From the NCBI GenBank assembly GCA_964187785.1, contig OZ076409.1, positions 89,468,001 through 89,532,000 of the forward strand: a stretch of 64,000 nt of DNA, given 5' to 3'. Below are positions 59,611 to 64,000 of the stretch, piece after piece (the first letter of the stretch is position 1; the number at the start of each line of letters is the position of its first letter). The notes under the pieces were generated by a model. The model worked only from the letters and a program-made list of their open reading frames with translations. It searched no databases and was not told where the DNA came from. The DNA is from Amphiscolops sp. MND2022. Its lineage: Eukaryota. Made by a program: the position numbers and the translations under genes.

Positions 59611-60399
59611 CCTGTCACCCTATTTGGAACCTCTGAGACACGCTTCCGTATAGCCAACTTGTTGGTTTTCGAATGTTTGGCAAACTGGGGGTCTCCTCTA
59701 CCCCAGAAAGAAGGAGCTCTTGATAAGCCACGGCAGTGTGCATGCGCGTTGAGGGGTCCAGAAGACGTAACCTTGTCTGCTACTCTTCTGCGACTGACCC
59801 TCCGAAGGGAAACCAAGTCAACAAGAATCTAGCCGAAATTCTATGAAGAACCCTTAGTGGCCGAGTTTACCCCCCAAATGATGGACAGAAGGTTATCGTC
59901 TTTAGAGGCTATCTTGACGGTGGTTCTGGGTCAAATAAAATGCTTGTCACTCTTAGTAGTTCTTAGTAGTAACAGACTAGGATCAAGCGGAAGACTTCCA
60001 AGAAAAATGGGACCCCATGGAGCACTCTCTGCAGACACGATCGGTTTATTGGTAGATGGGGCCGCTCCAAGGCGCGAAAATCCTATCCCTTCAGTCTTCC
60101 CCGTTGTTCGCTACAACAAGCTTTAGGCACTTAACGTTACAATAACAATACCCATATTTTCATCATAAAGCAGAAATCTCCTCTGGAAAAACCTGCAACA
60201 AAATAGTAGTTCTCAATCAGGAAACGAATGTTTGATCCATTTATACATTTCTTATGCAGTTTACCGTGACGTCCACAAATCCTTTCATGAATCTACGGAG
60301 TTTTGTCCGGCATGGGTATTTTTGACTTCTGATTCATAGAATATTGGTATCTGATGAAAGTATTCGAATGAAATGTTTAATCCGGATGCATTTACGACT

Positions 60400-62300
60400 C
60401 CAAGAAAATCAGTATATGAGCTATAGATGCTCATGATTCCAGACAGACCAATCAATATAGTCTGTCCTATTTTGATTTCAATTTGAGATCCTAGAAAACG
60501 ACTTTCTTTTCATCATTTTCATCCTTTTTCAGTCAGAGAAAGAATGAAAGAATTGTTATTTCAACAGATGTTGATTTTGACAAGTAAAAAGTGGATAGTG
60601 TTAAGGAATTTCCATAAGGTGCTAGAACCGAACAACCAACTGAACGCATAAATACAGTACAAATGTATTGGGAAAATACTTGAATACAAGATACAGAGTC
60701 CTTTAAGTATTGAATGAGTCAGTGTACTGGACACTAGTGGCCTTTTCAGAAAAAAAGGTTACTGGTCTTCATAAAACTTTTCTCTGAAAAAGGTTTGAAT
60801 TGAATTCAAACAATCCTTTGGGTCCATCTAACCTTCCAGCTTAGTCTTTGAAAGACCTTGTATGAAGATCAATGTGGAATCACTACCTCTCTTATTATTG
60901 CTTTCATTTTGCAAAGCTCCTTCCCCAAGAGAGTGAAATATCCAGCAGTGGCAATGCAGAAGGTCCAAAAAATACCGGACCTATATCTATGACTTCAGCA
61001 TTAGCTAAAATCTTCGAGAAGACACTAAAGAGCAAATTACTGAATTCTCAACAGAAACGATTTGATTTGTCTCTGTTAGTCCGGGTTCAAAAAGTAAAAG
61101 TCTACTACTGACCTCTAATTCTTGTCATTGAAATTATAAGGAGAAAAACAGACGAGCATAAAAGAGAAGCCAGCTGCTTGCCTTGATCCATCAAAAGCCT
61201 TCCATTCACTTCGCCATGCATTTTTGCTGAGAAAAACTACAAACTTCGGATTTTGATAACGTTTAAATCTCAATGATCCGAAGTTTTTACCATGCTGAAC
61301 CCCGAATGTTTGTCTTGAGACAGTTAGCTCAGATTGCATACATTAGTTTCAAGGTGTTCCACAAAGGACACTTTTTGTACCTCTGTGGTTCATTATTTAT
61401 GTGAACTCAAGGCTTCTGCATGTAACAAAGCTGGTAAAAATTGTTCAATATGCAGACGATACCTTTTTATTCGCTGCCAATGAAGTCATAAGAATTCGAT
61501 TCAAACACATTAATTGTAGAGAACTTTTATGAAGTTCATCAATTGAACCTAAATTCTGCTAATGTGTATTACATCAATTGTCAAGTCCCGTAACAAGGAG
61601 TAGGAGTTTAGAAAACGTGCAAACTCTATACAGGCGAGATATACCATAAGATGTTCTGGGCAATTGATGAAATATTCCAATTCCGAGAACAATAGACAAC
61701 GCTATATTCGAAACTAGTAGGGGGTAGTGCATCACTTGAAAGGTTAAACGAAAAGTTGACAGTAATGTGTACAATTGATCTTCAGGAGAAAAGTGTCGCG
61801 CTCACTGCAGCTCAATTAGGAAGTGCAACGAGATCTTGGAGCCTTGTGAAAATGAGGTGAACAGCCCTTACAACGTGACTGAGGGTTCAAATGACAAAAA
61901 ATGACAGTAAAATACATAACTTGCTAGATGCATTCAAATTCGAAACTGATAAGGTATGAAACCTTCACAAGCCCTGGGCTTGGAATTGATTCCAAGATAT
62001 GGATAGAAATTCCATGCAGCTTGATAAACTTGAGTACAAGAGGAAAATACAACATTGAACTATCTGGGATCACTGTTAGATGAAAATCTTAGATATCAAT
62101 TTGAAGTTGAAGTATTTCTAGGAAAACTGCTTGCGCCATAAAAACTCTTCATTCCATTTCATATCTTGTTCCTGAGACGAATATAGTTTTTAAAACCCTC
62201 TCGTAGGAAGTCAACTTCAAGATGAATCAGTTTTACTCAATGGAATAACTCTAATAACGAAGACCACCCTCGAAAAACATCTGAACTGGTGAGTAAAAGT
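60400..62300 (+). mobile_element. Degraded LINE (CR1/L2-like) reverse transcriptase
   Basis: PISMTSALAKIFEK, LDPSKAFHS, GVPQ and QYADDT (near 61449), then a YLGITVD-like segment; many stops. Confidence 0.75.
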
Positions 62301-62774
62301 AGTTCCACTTAAATAAATTTGAATCTTCAAGTGATCTGGAATAGTACATAATTTTGTCAGTACAATCTCTGTGAGACTTGAAATGGTACTGCTACTTTTG
62401 GAAGTAGAAAAAAGTCATCGTTGCAGGAAACTAGGCTTTTTATCGATTGGAGTTACCGGAAAAGAAAGAAAAGAAAAACTCACTTCAGCCTCAGAGTCAA
62501 AGCAACATCTTAGACTTAGAGCAATCGTTATTCAAAAAAACATGTGCCTTGTGGAACACCTCAACTAGTGATATGAGAAAACAAGTTGTTTACGAAAAAC
62601 TGTAGGATCTGACAAAATTTGAAATATTGGCGTAACTTCATATTCAACTATTCATATGCTTGATAATTGAATAACGAATCAACGTGTTTTGCTGTTTTTT
62701 GAAAATTTGTCAATTTTTGCATTAATTCATACGTACACTAGTTTCAATTTTCATTTTGAGATTGGAATATAGTG

Positions 62775-63340
62775 TTTTTAGTCGGCGCATTCTGGTAGAA
62801 AATGAGCCCGACTATTACAGTGGGTAGTTTTTTTAAACGCGTAAAGTCCACTTTTTTGTTCATTTGTTCAACAACCTCAAACCTCAACAACTTCAAACCT
62901 CAACAACTTCAAACCTCAACAACTCCAACCTCAGAAGCGCGTCCAAAACGAAAAGAAAAACAAAACAGACGTCCACAACCTCGAAAACACACTAAGGATC
63001 CCCCCATTGCCCCACTTTTTTTCGGCACTATGAGACTTTTTGAAACTTTTTGTATTACACCAAAGGGTCCCCCTCCATTTCTTTCGATATTTTGCAACAC
63101 AATGGATGTCAAAAAACCGCAAAGGGTCCCCCCTCTTTACATTTTACGGCACTGGGACACTGTTCAAAAATCTCATTTAAAATTTTTTTTTGGGAAATTT
63201 TTTCATGTCCCCAAAGGGTCCCCCCTTCAATTTTTTTTCATTTTTTGCTACCAGCTGGAGTTTCACAAAGCCCGAAGGGTCCCCCCTTTTCAATTTTGAG
63301 CCTTAGATATGGCGCCGACTTTGGACGTTCTCGGCTTGTT
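62775..63340 (-). mobile_element. DINE-1/HINE-like element, same family as 21550-22102
   Basis: Near full-length reverse complement of 21550-22102. Confidence 0.75.
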
Positions 63341-64000
63341 CCTACATGCTACGAAAAGTTGAATGACTAGTTGAAAGGAACAATATTGGGACCAGAAGCG
63401 CCACTCTCTTTGAATTTACAAAAAAAACGTTTGTCGACTGATTTGGTTCAGTTTTCTAACTACTTCTTACATTCAAGAAATGGCTTTATATCGCTTTGGA
63501 ATCTCCTGCTACAAAAAATTGTCTTCTCAAACTGGAAAAGTGTTAGCTTCGTTTGGAGTTGTTGTTTCATTTTCATTCTACCTTCAGTGAAGAAATGTCC
63601 TACTTATGGCTGTTCTACGTCTAAGAAATGTTCTAAGCAAATTATACCGGATTGTTATTGTCCACACCCACAATCTATCGTGTAGGGGAGGAAAATTTTA
63701 ATCTTTTGCGTTTTTTTTCAAATTCTGCCATATCTCCATAATCTCCATATTCGTTGTTCTCTGTTAGTTGCTATTTGAGGTACGAAGTTGGTAGTGCATG
63801 CGCCTATCAATCAGTAGATAGTGGGGTCGAATCTCGCCTCCGCCAGATTGTTTTTGTAAGGCGGAAAATTAGCGGGCGTCTTGTTTTTCTGAAACATTCT
63901 GACTGCAATGTTTTTCACTTTCTTCATTTTCTTCAAGGACTATTTCATTACGTACAATTTGTTTTAAAAAATTGTAATTCATAGGTTTATTAACGCAATT

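Noticed and set aside
62802..63370. ORFs of 100-165 aa
   Set aside because: They lie inside a non-coding dispersed repeat that has other copies in this window.

Overview
AT-rich, intron-containing, repeat-dense eukaryotic DNA, very probably from an animal because it carries a BEL/Pao element. One host gene on the minus strand spans 55665->23639 in 5 exons (~810 aa). It fuses a triose-phosphate/PEP-translocator (TPT/SLC35E-type) transporter to an ExoV-like polysaccharide pyruvyltransferase, a candidate one-protein glycan pyruvylation module. Its introns are swollen by retroelements. (i) A very young 15.65-kb Ty3/Gypsy element (24026-39676; 2115-bp LTRs, CCTCA target-site duplication (TSD)) whose gag starts inside the LTR and joins pol by a -1 frameshift. 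It also carries an 8-exon antisense gene (~1063 aa, zinc finger, degenerate hAT-transposase-like) and a divergent acidic ORF with a SUMO-interacting-like motif. (ii) A non-autonomous BEL/Pao element (40362-46520, AGCTG TSD) with a tandem array of primer-binding-site (PBS) copies. (iii) A solo LTR (48559-50073, ACTAG TSD). Elsewhere are an old degraded Gypsy element, LINE and CRE relics, a hAT MITE, DINE-1/HINE-like elements, minisatellites and pseudogene fragments (GTPBP8-like, METTL21-like). Exon models were read by hand from splice signals and frame, and family calls come from remembered motifs, not database searches.
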